A DNA stretch of 50,214 bases. It comes from Amylibacter sp. (GTDB lineage: Bacteria; Pseudomonadota; Alphaproteobacteria; Rhodobacterales; Rhodobacteraceae). The first letter of the stretch is position 1. The number at the start of each line of letters is the position of its first letter. The notes beneath the pieces were generated by a model, which saw only the letters and a list, made by a program, of their open reading frames with translations, made no database searches and had not been told where the DNA came from. Of this stretch, positions 38,683-47,533 are shown one piece after another. The stretch is from the NCBI GenBank assembly GCA_041573315.1, contig JBFFQS010000001.1:1-50214 (forward strand). Reading direction: 5' to 3'. The position numbers were made by a program, and so were the translations under genes.

Positions 38683-40537
38683 CTACGATGTCATAGTGAT
38701 CGGCGGCGGTCATGCGGGCGCTGATGCGGCGCAGGCGGCGTGGCGCATGGGCGCGCGCACCGCGCTTGTGACGCACGCCTTCGCCAAGATCGGAGAGATG
38801 TCCTGCAACCCGGCGATAGGCGGTCTGGGCAAGGGACACCTGGTGCGCGAAATCGATGCGCTGGACGGGGTGATGGGCCGCGTAGCCGATCAGGCCGGCA
38901 TCCAGTTCCGCTTGCTGAACCGGAAAAAAGGTCCGGCGGTTCAGGGGCCGCGGGCGCAGGCGGACCGGGCGCTTTACCGCGCCGCCATGCAGCGCGAGTT
39001 CACGGGCCGCGACGGTCTGGATGTAATCGAGGCCGAAGTCGCGGACCTGATCATGCGGGCCGGATGCTGCGAAGGCGTTGTGTTGGCCGACGGCGCGGAA
39101 ATCACCAGCGGCGCGGTTGTTCTGACGACGGGGACATTCCTGCGCGGGGTGATTCATATTGGCGATCAGCGCAAGGCGGGCGGTCGCATGGGCGATAACC
39201 CCTCGGTCAAACTCGCGGAGCGCATGGATACATTCGACCTGCCCATGGGGCGGCTGAAAACCGGGACGCCGCCACGGCTGGACGGGCGGACGATCAACTG
39301 GGATATTCTGGACAACCAGCCCGGCGACGATGACCCGGTTCTTTTTTCCTTCCTGTCAAAGGCTCCGGTGGCGCGGCAAATATCCTGCGGGATCACGCAT
39401 ACCAACGAAAAAACCCATGAGATCATCGAAAAGAACCTGAGCCGCTCAGCGATGTATGGCGGTCACATAGATGGTGTCGGCCCCCGCTACTGTCCATCCA
39501 TCGAAGATAAGGTCGTGCGCTTTGCCGACAAATCCTCTCACCAGGTGTTTTTGGAACCAGAGGGCGTCGAGGATCACACAGTCTATCCGAACGGAATATC
39601 GACGTCGCTGCCGGTTGATGTGCAGGAGGCCTATGTCAAATCCATTGCAGGGCTAGAAAATGTAACGATCCTGCAGCCGGGTTATGCCATCGAATATGAC
39701 TACGTCGATCCGCGCGCCTTGCGCCATACTCTGGAACTGAAGGATGTTTCCGGCCTTTATCTGGCCGGTCAGATCAACGGCACGACGGGATACGAAGAAG
39801 CCGCTGCACAAGGTCTGGTCGCGGGCTTGAATGCCGCTGCGCGGGTCAGGGGCAAGCGGCCTGTCATCTTCGACCGGGCCGAGGCGTATATCGGCGTGAT
39901 GATCGACGATCTGGTGACCCGCGGCGTCAGCGAGCCGTACCGGATGTTTACCTCGCGCGCTGAGTATCGCCTGTCCCTGCGTGCAGACAATGCCGACCAG
40001 AGGTTAACACCCATCGGCCTGGAGCTCGGATGTGTAAAATCCGGCCGGCATGCTGTTTTCGAAGAGAAAATGGAAAACCTGGCGCAAGCGAAAACGCTGT
40101 TTTCCGACCTTTCGATGACGCCCAACGAGGCATTAAAGGCCGGTATCAAAGTCAATCAGGATGGCGTTCGCCGAAGTGCGTCCGAGTTTTTGGGTTTCCG
40201 CGACGTGGATGCTGCGAGCCTGGCAAAGGTTTGGCCGGAACTGGCCGAGTTGGATGCAGATATCGTTCGGCAAGTTGAGCGGGACGCCATCTATGCCGGA
40301 TTCATCGAACGGCAAAGCCTTGATGTTGCCGCAATGCGCCGGGACGAAGGCCTCAGAATTCCCGAAGATCTGAATTATCTGGGTGTCGCGGGCCTGTCGA
40401 ATGAATTGCAGCAAAAGCTTACGAAAGTGCGGCCGGCGACCTTGGGGCAGGCCGGGCGCATCGATGGCATGACACCGGCCGCGCTGGCTTTGATTCTCGC
40501 AAAGATCCGGCACGCGTCTGCCAAACGTCGCGCATGA
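38675..40537 (+). CDS. mnmG: tRNA uridine-5-carboxymethylaminomethyl modification enzyme MnmG (GidA)
   Basis: [69 protein letters not shown] start at 38675 (alternative TTG at 38666). Confidence 0.98.
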   Translation: MKHYDVIVIGGGHAGADAAQAAWRMGARTALVTHAFAKIGEMSCNPAIGGLGKGHLVREIDALDGVMGRVADQAGIQFRLLNRKKGPAVQGPRAQADRALYRAAMQREFTGRDGLDVIEAEVADLIMRAGCCEGVVLADGAEITSGAVVLTTGTFLRGVIHIGDQRKAGGRMGDNPSVKLAERMDTFDLPMGRLKTGTPPRLDGRTINWDILDNQPGDDDPVLFSFLSKAPVARQISCGITHTNEKTHEIIEKNLSRSAMYGGHIDGVGPRYCPSIEDKVVRFADKSSHQVFLEPEGVEDHTVYPNGISTSLPVDVQEAYVKSIAGLENVTILQPGYAIEYDYVDPRALRHTLELKDVSGLYLAGQINGTTGYEEAAAQGLVAGLNAAARVRGKRPVIFDRAEAYIGVMIDDLVTRGVSEPYRMFTSRAEYRLSLRADNADQRLTPIGLELGCVKSGRHAVFEEKMENLAQAKTLFSDLSMTPNEALKAGIKVNQDGVRRSASEFLGFRDVDAASLAKVWPELAELDADIVRQVERDAIYAGFIERQSLDVAAMRRDEGLRIPEDLNYLGVAGLSNELQQKLTKVRPATLGQAGRIDGMTPAALALILAKIRHASAKRRA

Positions 40538-41181
40538 CTTCCGAGCAGGACGCAAAAGCCCGATTGGCGGAAATGCCGGATGTTTCACGTGAAACAATGG
40601 CGCGCCTGGAGGTCTACCACGACCTGACGCTGAAATGGACACCCAAGATCAACCTTGTCAGTAAATCGGCGCAGGCGAGCTTGTGGGAGCGGCATTTTCT
40701 GGACTCGGCTCAACTTTGGGAATTTCGCCCGCACGGGGCGAAGCGCTGGATCGACCTCGGTTCCGGTGGCGGGTTTCCGGGAATGGTAATCGCTATTATC
40801 GCGGCGCAGGCCGCCCCAGAATTGCACGTTACGCTGATTGAAAGCGATGCCCGTAAATGCGCTTTCCTGCGAACCGTAGCGCGGGAAGCCGGCATCGATG
40901 CAACCGTCCTGAACCAGCGCGCCGAAGATCTCCCGCCGAATCAGGCTGATGTCGTTTCAGCGCGGGCGCTGGCCCCGATTGCGACTTTGCTCGGTTATGC
41001 CGGCAGAATCTTGCGCCCCGGAGGGGTTTGCCTGTTTCTGAAGGGCCGCCAGCACGATAAAGAACTGGAGGCGGCGGCTGAAATGTGGTCTTTTGAAGTA
41101 ACGAAAGCGCCAAGCCTTACGGATCCCGACGGAGCGATCCTTAAAATAAAGGACATCTCGCGTGAGCGGTTACCAGACTAG
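40534..41181 (+). CDS. rsmG: 16S rRNA m7G527 methyltransferase RsmG (GidB)
   Basis: [34 protein letters not shown]. Confidence 0.96.
   Translation: MTSEQDAKARLAEMPDVSRETMARLEVYHDLTLKWTPKINLVSKSAQASLWERHFLDSAQLWEFRPHGAKRWIDLGSGGGFPGMVIAIIAAQAAPELHVTLIESDARKCAFLRTVAREAGIDATVLNQRAEDLPPNQADVVSARALAPIATLLGYAGRILRPGGVCLFLKGRQHDKELEAAAEMWSFEVTKAPSLTDPDGAILKIKDISRERLPD
40581..40596. promoter_or_regulatory. parS centromere site 2
   Basis: Perfect palindrome TGTTTCACGTGAAACA inside rsmG (encodes DVSRET). Confidence 0.95.
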
Positions 41182-41986
41182 TCAAACAGGCCCCAAGATC
41201 ATCTCGATTGCGAACCAGAAGGGCGGGGTCGGAAAAACGACCACCGCGATCAACCTTGGAACCGCTTTGGCAGCCGTCGGAAAAAAGGTTCTGCTGATCG
41301 ATCTTGACCCGCAGGGAAACGCTTCCACCGGTCTCGGCGTTGACCGTGCCCAGCGGCTTGTGACCACCTACGATGTTCTCGTAGACCGCCAGCCAATATC
41401 CGAAGCGATCGTTTCGACGAAGATCTCCAACCTGTCCATTATTCCCGCGACCGTCGACTTAAGTTCGGCAGATGTAGACATGATGGACGATCCCAAGAGG
41501 ATTTTGCGGCTGAAAGAGGCGCTTAAGCGAGGTGCGTCGAATTTTGACTATATCCTGATCGATTGCCCGCCTTCGCTCAGCTTGCTGACGTTGAACGCAT
41601 TTGCCGCCAGCGACTCGGTGCTGGTCCCGTTGCAGAGCGAGTTTTTTGCGCTCGAAGGTCTGTCGCAACTGATGCTGACAGTGCGCGAGGTCCGCCAGAA
41701 TGTGAACCCGGACCTGCACATCGAGGGCGTGATCCTGACAATGTATGACAAGCGCAATCGCCTGTCGAAACAGGTAGAAAGCGATGTCAGGGACAATCTC
41801 GGCGATCTGGTTTATACCACCATCGTGCCGCGAAATGTCCGGGTGAGCGAGGCGCCGTCCTATGGGCTGCCCGCCATTCTTTACGATCCGCAGAGCAAAG
41901 GCAGCACAGCCTATCAGCGCCTTGCCGCGGAATTTATACTGCGGACGCAGCGGGCTCAGGCGGCGGCGCATCAAGCGAACGGATAG
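41162..41986 (+). CDS. parA: Chromosome partitioning ATPase ParA
   Basis: NQKGGVGKTT, DLDPQGNAS, IDCPPSL, EFFALEG, PRNVRVSEAPS. Confidence 0.96.
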   Translation: MSGYQTSQTGPKIISIANQKGGVGKTTTAINLGTALAAVGKKVLLIDLDPQGNASTGLGVDRAQRLVTTYDVLVDRQPISEAIVSTKISNLSIIPATVDLSSADVDMMDDPKRILRLKEALKRGASNFDYILIDCPPSLSLLTLNAFAASDSVLVPLQSEFFALEGLSQLMLTVREVRQNVNPDLHIEGVILTMYDKRNRLSKQVESDVRDNLGDLVYTTIVPRNVRVSEAPSYGLPAILYDPQSKGSTAYQRLAAEFILRTQRAQAAAHQANG

Positions 41987-41990
41987 CATT

Positions 41991-42893
41991 ATGACGAACA
42001 AACAAGACAAGCGAGGGCTGGGGCGCGGACTTTCGGCATTGATGGCGGATCTGGATGCGCCGGCCGCAAAATCAGCCGAGACTGGCGAGGCGCGGGGTCA
42101 GTCGAGCCTGCCGATCGAGCGTGTGCATCCAAACCCTGATCAGCCGCGCCGAGATTTTTCGCGTGGCGATCTCGAGGATCTTGCCAGTTCCATTTCTGAA
42201 AAAGGTATTATTCAGCCGCTGATAGTTCGCCCCGATCCGGGCAAGCCGGGCGACTACCAGATCGTTGCGGGCGAACGCCGTTGGCGCGCGGCACAAATCG
42301 CCAAACTGCATCGGGTTCCGGTGCTGATCCGCGACCTGGATGATATGGCCGTTTTGGAAATCGCAATAATTGAAAACGTTCAGCGTGCGGATCTGAACGT
42401 CGTCGAAGAGGCGCTCGGATACCGGCAGCTGATGGAAAAGTTCGGCCACACACAGGAAAAAATGTCGGCCGCCCTGGGTAAGAGCCGCAGCCATATCGCC
42501 AATATCCTAAGGCTATTGACGCTGCCCGAAGATGTTCAGCGCCTGGTGCGCGAAGGATCGCTCACTTATGGACATGCGCGCGCCTTGATTACGGCGGATG
42601 ATCCGATGGCGCTTGCGCGGATCGTAATCGGCAAGGGCATGTCGGTTCGTCAAACGGAAACTCTGGCCAAGACCGGGCTGTCGAAGCGCAAACGGGAAAA
42701 AGCGCGTTCCGGTAAGGATAGCGATACACGGGCACTGGAAGCGGACCTGTCAGCCAATCTGGGCATGAAAGTGTCCATCGGCCATAAGGCGGGCACCGAG
42801 TCGGGACAACTTTCAATATCTTACAAGACGTTAGACGATCTTGATGATCTTTGCCGTCTGCTGTCCGCTATGCGTCAGGGCGGGTCCACATAA
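41991..42893 (+). CDS. parB: Chromosome partitioning protein ParB
   Basis: GLGRGLSALM, PNPDQPR, IVAGERRWRA, ENVQRADL, HTH KSRSHIANILRLL, GHARAL. Start at ATG 41991. Confidence 0.97.
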   Translation: MTNKQDKRGLGRGLSALMADLDAPAAKSAETGEARGQSSLPIERVHPNPDQPRRDFSRGDLEDLASSISEKGIIQPLIVRPDPGKPGDYQIVAGERRWRAAQIAKLHRVPVLIRDLDDMAVLEIAIIENVQRADLNVVEEALGYRQLMEKFGHTQEKMSAALGKSRSHIANILRLLTLPEDVQRLVREGSLTYGHARALITADDPMALARIVIGKGMSVRQTETLAKTGLSKRKREKARSGKDSDTRALEADLSANLGMKVSIGHKAGTESGQLSISYKTLDDLDDLCRLLSAMRQGGST

Positions 42894-43221
42894 ACAGGGC
42901 AACACCGCAAATCGTTCCGGCTTGGGCAATAAGAACCCACTCAGGAACGGCCATTATCACTGACATCAGCAAAGCGGCGAGCATAAAGACCGTTGCGGTC
43001 CATTTCGACCGGCGCGAAATGGCGCCCTTTTCCTGCCAGTTTCGAATGGCCGGCCCAAATGTATTGTGTTCTATCAACCACTTGTGAGCCCTTTTGGAAG
43101 AGCGGGCAAAGCAAATCGCGGCCAGCAGCAGAAACGGAACCGTTGGAAAAATAGGCAGAAATACCCCTATGATAGCCAGGCCGATTGCGATGGCGCCGCA
43201 GGAAAACCAGAGCGGCCTCAT
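42868..43221 (-). CDS. YbaN / DUF454 family membrane protein
   Basis: G..LP..PTVPFLLLAA.CFARSS, FGP.IRNW. Overlaps the parB 3' end by 26 bp. Confidence 0.88.
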   Translation of the reverse strand: MRPLWFSCGAIAIGLAIIGVFLPIFPTVPFLLLAAICFARSSKRAHKWLIEHNTFGPAIRNWQEKGAISRRSKWTATVFMLAALLMSVIMAVPEWVLIAQAGTICGVALFMWTRPDA

Positions 43222-44375
43222 ATCAGAAGCTCTCGTAAAACGGCATTCAGGACCATCCGCCCCGATCCGACGGTCCGAATACGGTCCTTAACGCGCTCCA
43301 ATAGCCCCTGTTCGGTCAGAGACTCGATTCTGGCGTCGGAAATCGGACTTCCAGCGAGGGCGGCGAACCGGTTGAGGTCGCTTCCTTCTGACAATCGCAG
43401 CGACATCATCAGGTATTCCGACGCCTGATCGGAGGCTGAAATCACCTCTGAATTCCTAATTGCAGTTCCTTGTTTTTCAACGGATAAAAGCCATTCCTCA
43501 GGCAAGGCACAAGACTCTGTTGCAAGCCGCTGGCCATTAACCGTCAAACGGCCATGCGCACCTGGCCCGACGCCTGCGTAATCGCCGTAGCGCCAATAGA
43601 CCAGATTGTGGCGACTCTCGGCTCCCTTGACCGCATGGTTGGAGACCTCATAGCTTGAAAAACCGCGCAAATCGCAAATCTCTTGCGTACGTTCGTACAT
43701 TTCAGCGCTTGTATCGGCTGTCGGCAGGTCGCGAAGCCGGCCTTTTTGGTAAAGCTCGCCAAACCTGGTGCCGGCCTCGATCGTCAATTGGTAAAGCGAC
43801 AGGTGGTCGACCGCCATCTCGGCCGCTTCGGAGAGCTCATCCTGCCAGTCTGCAAGCGTTTGCGCCTGTCTTGCGTAGATGAGGTCAAAACTGACGCGGC
43901 TGAAATGGTCCCTCGCGATGTCGAATGCGCGACGGGCTTCAGCGGCGGTGTGCAGTCGACCGAGGGACTTTAAATCAGAGTCTTTAAGAGACTGAATTCC
44001 CATGGAAAGGCGGTTCACACCCGCTTGAGCGAAACTCGCGAACTTTCCGGCCTCGACCGAGGTTGGATTGGCCTCGAGCGTTACCTCCAGATCATTCGAG
44101 ACCGCCCAGTTAGATCGGATTGCCGATATAACGGTGTGCACGGTCTCCGGCGCCATCAAACTCGGGGTTCCGCCGCCGAAAAACACAGAATCGACAGATC
44201 TGCCGGGGACTGTTTTGGCGGAGTTCTCGATTTCGCGGACCAACGCCCGCCGCCAGCGGCCGTGATCGACGGAGCCGCGGACATGCGAGTTGAAATCACA
44301 GTAAGGGCATTTTGACTGGCAAAAGGGCCAGTGAACATAAATGGCGAATCCGCCTGCCTGCCAGTCTTCAGTCAC
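43218..44375 (-). CDS. hemW: Radical SAM heme chaperone HemW
   Basis: YVHWPFCQSKCPYCDFNSH, FFGGGTPS, LEANP, YEVSN, HNLVYW. Start moved to GTG 44375, overlapping the rdgB stop. Confidence 0.93.
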   Translation of the reverse strand: MTEDWQAGGFAIYVHWPFCQSKCPYCDFNSHVRGSVDHGRWRRALVREIENSAKTVPGRSVDSVFFGGGTPSLMAPETVHTVISAIRSNWAVSNDLEVTLEANPTSVEAGKFASFAQAGVNRLSMGIQSLKDSDLKSLGRLHTAAEARRAFDIARDHFSRVSFDLIYARQAQTLADWQDELSEAAEMAVDHLSLYQLTIEAGTRFGELYQKGRLRDLPTADTSAEMYERTQEICDLRGFSSYEVSNHAVKGAESRHNLVYWRYGDYAGVGPGAHGRLTVNGQRLATESCALPEEWLLSVEKQGTAIRNSEVISASDQASEYLMMSLRLSEGSDLNRFAALAGSPISDARIESLTEQGLLERVKDRIRTVGSGRMVLNAVLRELLI

Positions 44376-44979
44376 CGAAGCATCCCGAAACAAGTTTTGC
44401 AAAGGCATCCGCCCGGTGGCTCATGCTGTGCTTTTTGGCAGGGTCCATCTCTCCGAAGGTCTCTTGGTGGCGGTCGGGTTGAAAAACCGGATCGAAGCCG
44501 AAGCCCCTTTCGCCGCGCATCGGCCAGACAATCTGGCCCTCGACCGTGCCGGCAAAAATCTCGTCATGACCGTCCGGCCAGGCGAGGCAAAGCGTACAGC
44601 AAAAACGGGCCTTCCACGGCTTAGGCACTTGATTTTCAACAAGTAATGCCCAAACCCGTGTCATCGCCCTCTTGAAATCACGTCCTTTTGGTGTCTCCGC
44701 CCAATCGGCGGTATAGACGCCCGGCTGACCGTGCAATCCCTCGACCTCGACCCCGCTGTCATCCGACAATGCCGGTAGCCCCGAAGCCTTGGCCGCGAAA
44801 TGCGCCTTGATGCGGGCGTTTCCAGCGAAGTTGTCCTCGGTTTCCTCGGGCTCTTCCAAACCCAGTTCACCGGCAGACACGACATCGATGCCGTAGGGCG
44901 CGAGCAGTTCGGATATCTCGCGCAGCTTTCCTGCGTTGTGAGAGGCCAGAACTATCCGCTTTTCGCTAAGCTTTCGCAT
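44368..44979 (-). CDS. rdgB: dITP/XTP pyrophosphatase (RdgB/HAM1)
   Basis: SHNAGKLRE, NARIKA, DDSG, GFGFDPVF, SHRA. Confidence 0.95.
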   Translation of the reverse strand: MRKLSEKRIVLASHNAGKLREISELLAPYGIDVVSAGELGLEEPEETEDNFAGNARIKAHFAAKASGLPALSDDSGVEVEGLHGQPGVYTADWAETPKGRDFKRAMTRVWALLVENQVPKPWKARFCCTLCLAWPDGHDEIFAGTVEGQIVWPMRGERGFGFDPVFQPDRHQETFGEMDPAKKHSMSHRADAFAKLVSGCFGD

Positions 44980-45693
44980 CTACGAAGTAGCCCGTGTCTG
45001 TGCCACGATCAGTTCTGCCACGCCTTTTTCGGCCAAATCCATCAGGTGGTCGAATTCCGACCGGGTAAAAGTCGCGCCTTCGGCGGAGCCCTGCAATTCG
45101 ACCAGACCACCGGAACCGGTCATAACGAAGTTGGCGTCGGTGCCGGCCATACTGTCCTCTTCATAGTCCAGATCGACAATCGGTTGGCCACCGTAGATAC
45201 CGCAACTGATCGCAGCGATATGATCGGTGATCGGATCAGTTTTCACATCCCCGGCCTTGAGCAGCTTGTTGACTGCAAGACGCAGGGCAACCCAGCCGCC
45301 CGTGATCGACGCGCAGCGGGTGCCGCCGTCGGCCTGCAGCACGTCACAGTCGATTGTTATCTGGCGCTCGCCCAGAGCCACGCGATCCACGCCGGCCCGC
45401 AGCGACCGTCCGATCAGGCGCTGGATTTCCTGTGTGCGGCCCGATTGCTTGCCGGCGGCTGCCTCACGACGGTTGCGGGAACCGGTGGCGCGCGGCAGCA
45501 TGCCGTATTCGGCCGTCACCCAGCCAAGGCCGCTGTTCCTGATCCACGGTGGAACGCGCTCTTCCAGCGAGGCCGTACACAGAACGTGGGTGTCGCCGCA
45601 TTTGATCAGGCAAGAGCCCTCGGCGTGTTTGGTCACGTCGATGTCGATCGTGACGGGTCGGATTTCATCGGTGTTTCTGCTGGAAGGTCGCAT
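44980..45693 (-). CDS. rph: Ribonuclease PH
   Basis: [46 protein letters not shown]. Start ATG 45693 follows AGGAG. Confidence 0.97.
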   Translation of the reverse strand: MRPSSRNTDEIRPVTIDIDVTKHAEGSCLIKCGDTHVLCTASLEERVPPWIRNSGLGWVTAEYGMLPRATGSRNRREAAAGKQSGRTQEIQRLIGRSLRAGVDRVALGERQITIDCDVLQADGGTRCASITGGWVALRLAVNKLLKAGDVKTDPITDHIAAISCGIYGGQPIVDLDYEEDSMAGTDANFVMTGSGGLVELQGSAEGATFTRSEFDHLMDLAEKGVAELIVAQTRATS

Positions 45694-45748
45694 GTATTCT
45701 CCTGTTTTTCGCGTGATACCCTTTTGATCGCCGCAGCGCAAACGGCGA

Positions 45749-45776
45749 TTGACCTTAACGTTACGAGTACCTATTT
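45749..45776 (+). promoter_or_regulatory. RpoH (sigma32)-type promoter for hrcA-grpE
   Basis: TTG-N18-CCTATTT directly upstream of heat-shock genes, resembling the alphaproteobacterial RpoH consensus. Confidence 0.65.
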
Positions 45777-45809
45777 TCCTGTTTGGCCCCCAAACAAGGA
45801 AAAAACCCG

Positions 45810-46877
45810 TTGGTAGAGATACCGTCCAGTCCAATAGACACGCTTACCGGCCGCAGCAGAGAAGTATTTCGGCTGCTGGTTGAGTCGTACCTGCAGACCG
45901 GGGAGCCCATAGGCTCCCGGTCGCTGACCCGTGCGATGACGGAGAAGGTCTCGGCCGCGACGATCCGCAACGTAATGCAGGATCTGGAACATCTGGGGCT
46001 GCTCGACAGCCCGCACGTGTCTGCGGGACGGGTGCCAACCGAACTGGGGCTGCGCCTGTTCGTGGATGGATTGCTGGAGATCGGCGACCTTGATACCGAG
46101 GAACGCCGCCAGATCGAGAGCTCTCTGGAAGCCAAGGATCATGATATCCGCACCGTTCTTGATCAGGCCGGATCGTTGCTGTCGGGGCTGACCCACGGAG
46201 CGAGCCTGGTTTTTGCGCCGACGACCGAGGCGGCTATAAAACATATCGAATTTGTGTCTCTGGCGCCTGACCGGGCGCTTGTCGTTCTGGTAACGGCGGA
46301 CGGTCAGGTCGAAAACCGTCTGTTCCAGCCGCCGCAGGGCCAGACCGCGTCGGCCATGCGCGAGGCAGCCAATTTTCTGAACGCTATCGTGGCGGGCCAT
46401 ACGGTGTCGGAACTCAGGACTGTCGTGAAGCGCGAGATCGAAAAGCGACGCCGCGAGATCGACGTTCTGGCCCAGTCGCTGATCGAGGAGGGCGTTGCCG
46501 TCTGGTCCGCAGACAGCGGTGCAGAACAACGGCTGATCGTCAGCGGCCGTGCCAATTTGCTCGACAGCGCGTCGAATCAACAGGACCTTGAACGCATCCG
46601 CGCGTTGTTCGACGATCTGGAGCGCAAGAGGGACATTGCCCAATTCCTCGACCTGACGGAAAGCGGCGACGGCGTTCGGGTTTTTATTGGCTCGGAGAAC
46701 AAACTTTTTTCACTTTCGGGTAGCTCTTTGGTGGTTTCTCCATATATGAACGCGGATCGAAAAGTGATCGGTGCGGTTGGGGTCATCGGACCCACCAGGC
46801 TTAATTATGGCCGCATCGTTCCAATTGTAGATTACACCGCCCAACTGGTTGGGCGGATGCTGTCAAACAGGAGTTAA
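45810..46877 (+). CDS. hrcA: Heat-inducible transcription repressor HrcA
   Basis: [49 protein letters not shown]. Start uncertain: TTG 45810 after AAGGA, or TTG 45783. Confidence 0.95.
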   Translation: MVEIPSSPIDTLTGRSREVFRLLVESYLQTGEPIGSRSLTRAMTEKVSAATIRNVMQDLEHLGLLDSPHVSAGRVPTELGLRLFVDGLLEIGDLDTEERRQIESSLEAKDHDIRTVLDQAGSLLSGLTHGASLVFAPTTEAAIKHIEFVSLAPDRALVVLVTADGQVENRLFQPPQGQTASAMREAANFLNAIVAGHTVSELRTVVKREIEKRRREIDVLAQSLIEEGVAVWSADSGAEQRLIVSGRANLLDSASNQQDLERIRALFDDLERKRDIAQFLDLTESGDGVRVFIGSENKLFSLSGSSLVVSPYMNADRKVIGAVGVIGPTRLNYGRIVPIVDYTAQLVGRMLSNRS

Positions 46878-46879
46878 GT

Positions 46880-47533
46880 GTGACAGAGTCGAAAAAGAAT
46901 AAGACGGACAAGAGCAGCGCAGACGATTTTCTGGACGACTTGCTGGATCTGGAGTCACTGGCGGATTCCGAAGCGATGAACGAGGATAAGCCGGGACTGA
47001 AAGTTTCGCTGGCCAAGGAAAAAGAGGCGGCCAAAGAAGAGCAGCCCGGGGAGCCCGAAGCCATGTCCGAGGAAGACGCGTTGCGCGATGAGATATCGGT
47101 TCTGCAGGACCGCCTGATGCGCGCCCTGGCCGAGGCCGAGAACCAGCGCAAGCGCGGCATCCGGGAACGGCAGGAGGCCGAAGAACGCGGCGGCCGCAGG
47201 CTGGCCCGCGATATCCTGCCGGTTTATGACAACATGAAACGGGCGCTGTCATCCATCGACGACACTCAGCGCCAGCAATCAAAGGCCCTGATCGAAGGCA
47301 TCGAGCTAACTCAGCGCGAATTATTGAGTGTTTTCAAGAAGAACAACATCCTTCCGATTGATCCGCAGGTTGGCGACAAGTTCGACCCGCAGTTGCACGA
47401 AGCACTTTTCGAGGCTCCGGTCGCGAACGTGAAAAAGGGCCATATCATTCAGGTTCTGGGCGAAGGCTTCACCATTGCCGGCAGCCTTGTGCGGCCCGCA
47501 CAGGTTGGCGTTTCTTCAGGCGGCGGGGATTAG
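46880..47533 (+). CDS. grpE: Nucleotide exchange factor GrpE
   Basis: RALAEAENQRKR, DNMKRAL, FDPQLHEA, VRPAQVGVS. Confidence 0.96.
   Translation: MTESKKNKTDKSSADDFLDDLLDLESLADSEAMNEDKPGLKVSLAKEKEAAKEEQPGEPEAMSEEDALRDEISVLQDRLMRALAEAENQRKRGIRERQEAEERGGRRLARDILPVYDNMKRALSSIDDTQRQQSKALIEGIELTQRELLSVFKKNNILPIDPQVGDKFDPQLHEALFEAPVANVKKGHIIQVLGEGFTIAGSLVRPAQVGVSSGGGD

Noticed and set aside
41153-41168. DISRE at the rsmG C-terminus resembling the parS-encoded DVSRE
   Set aside because: The nucleotide sequence CATCTCGCGTGAGCGG has too many mismatches to the parS consensus.
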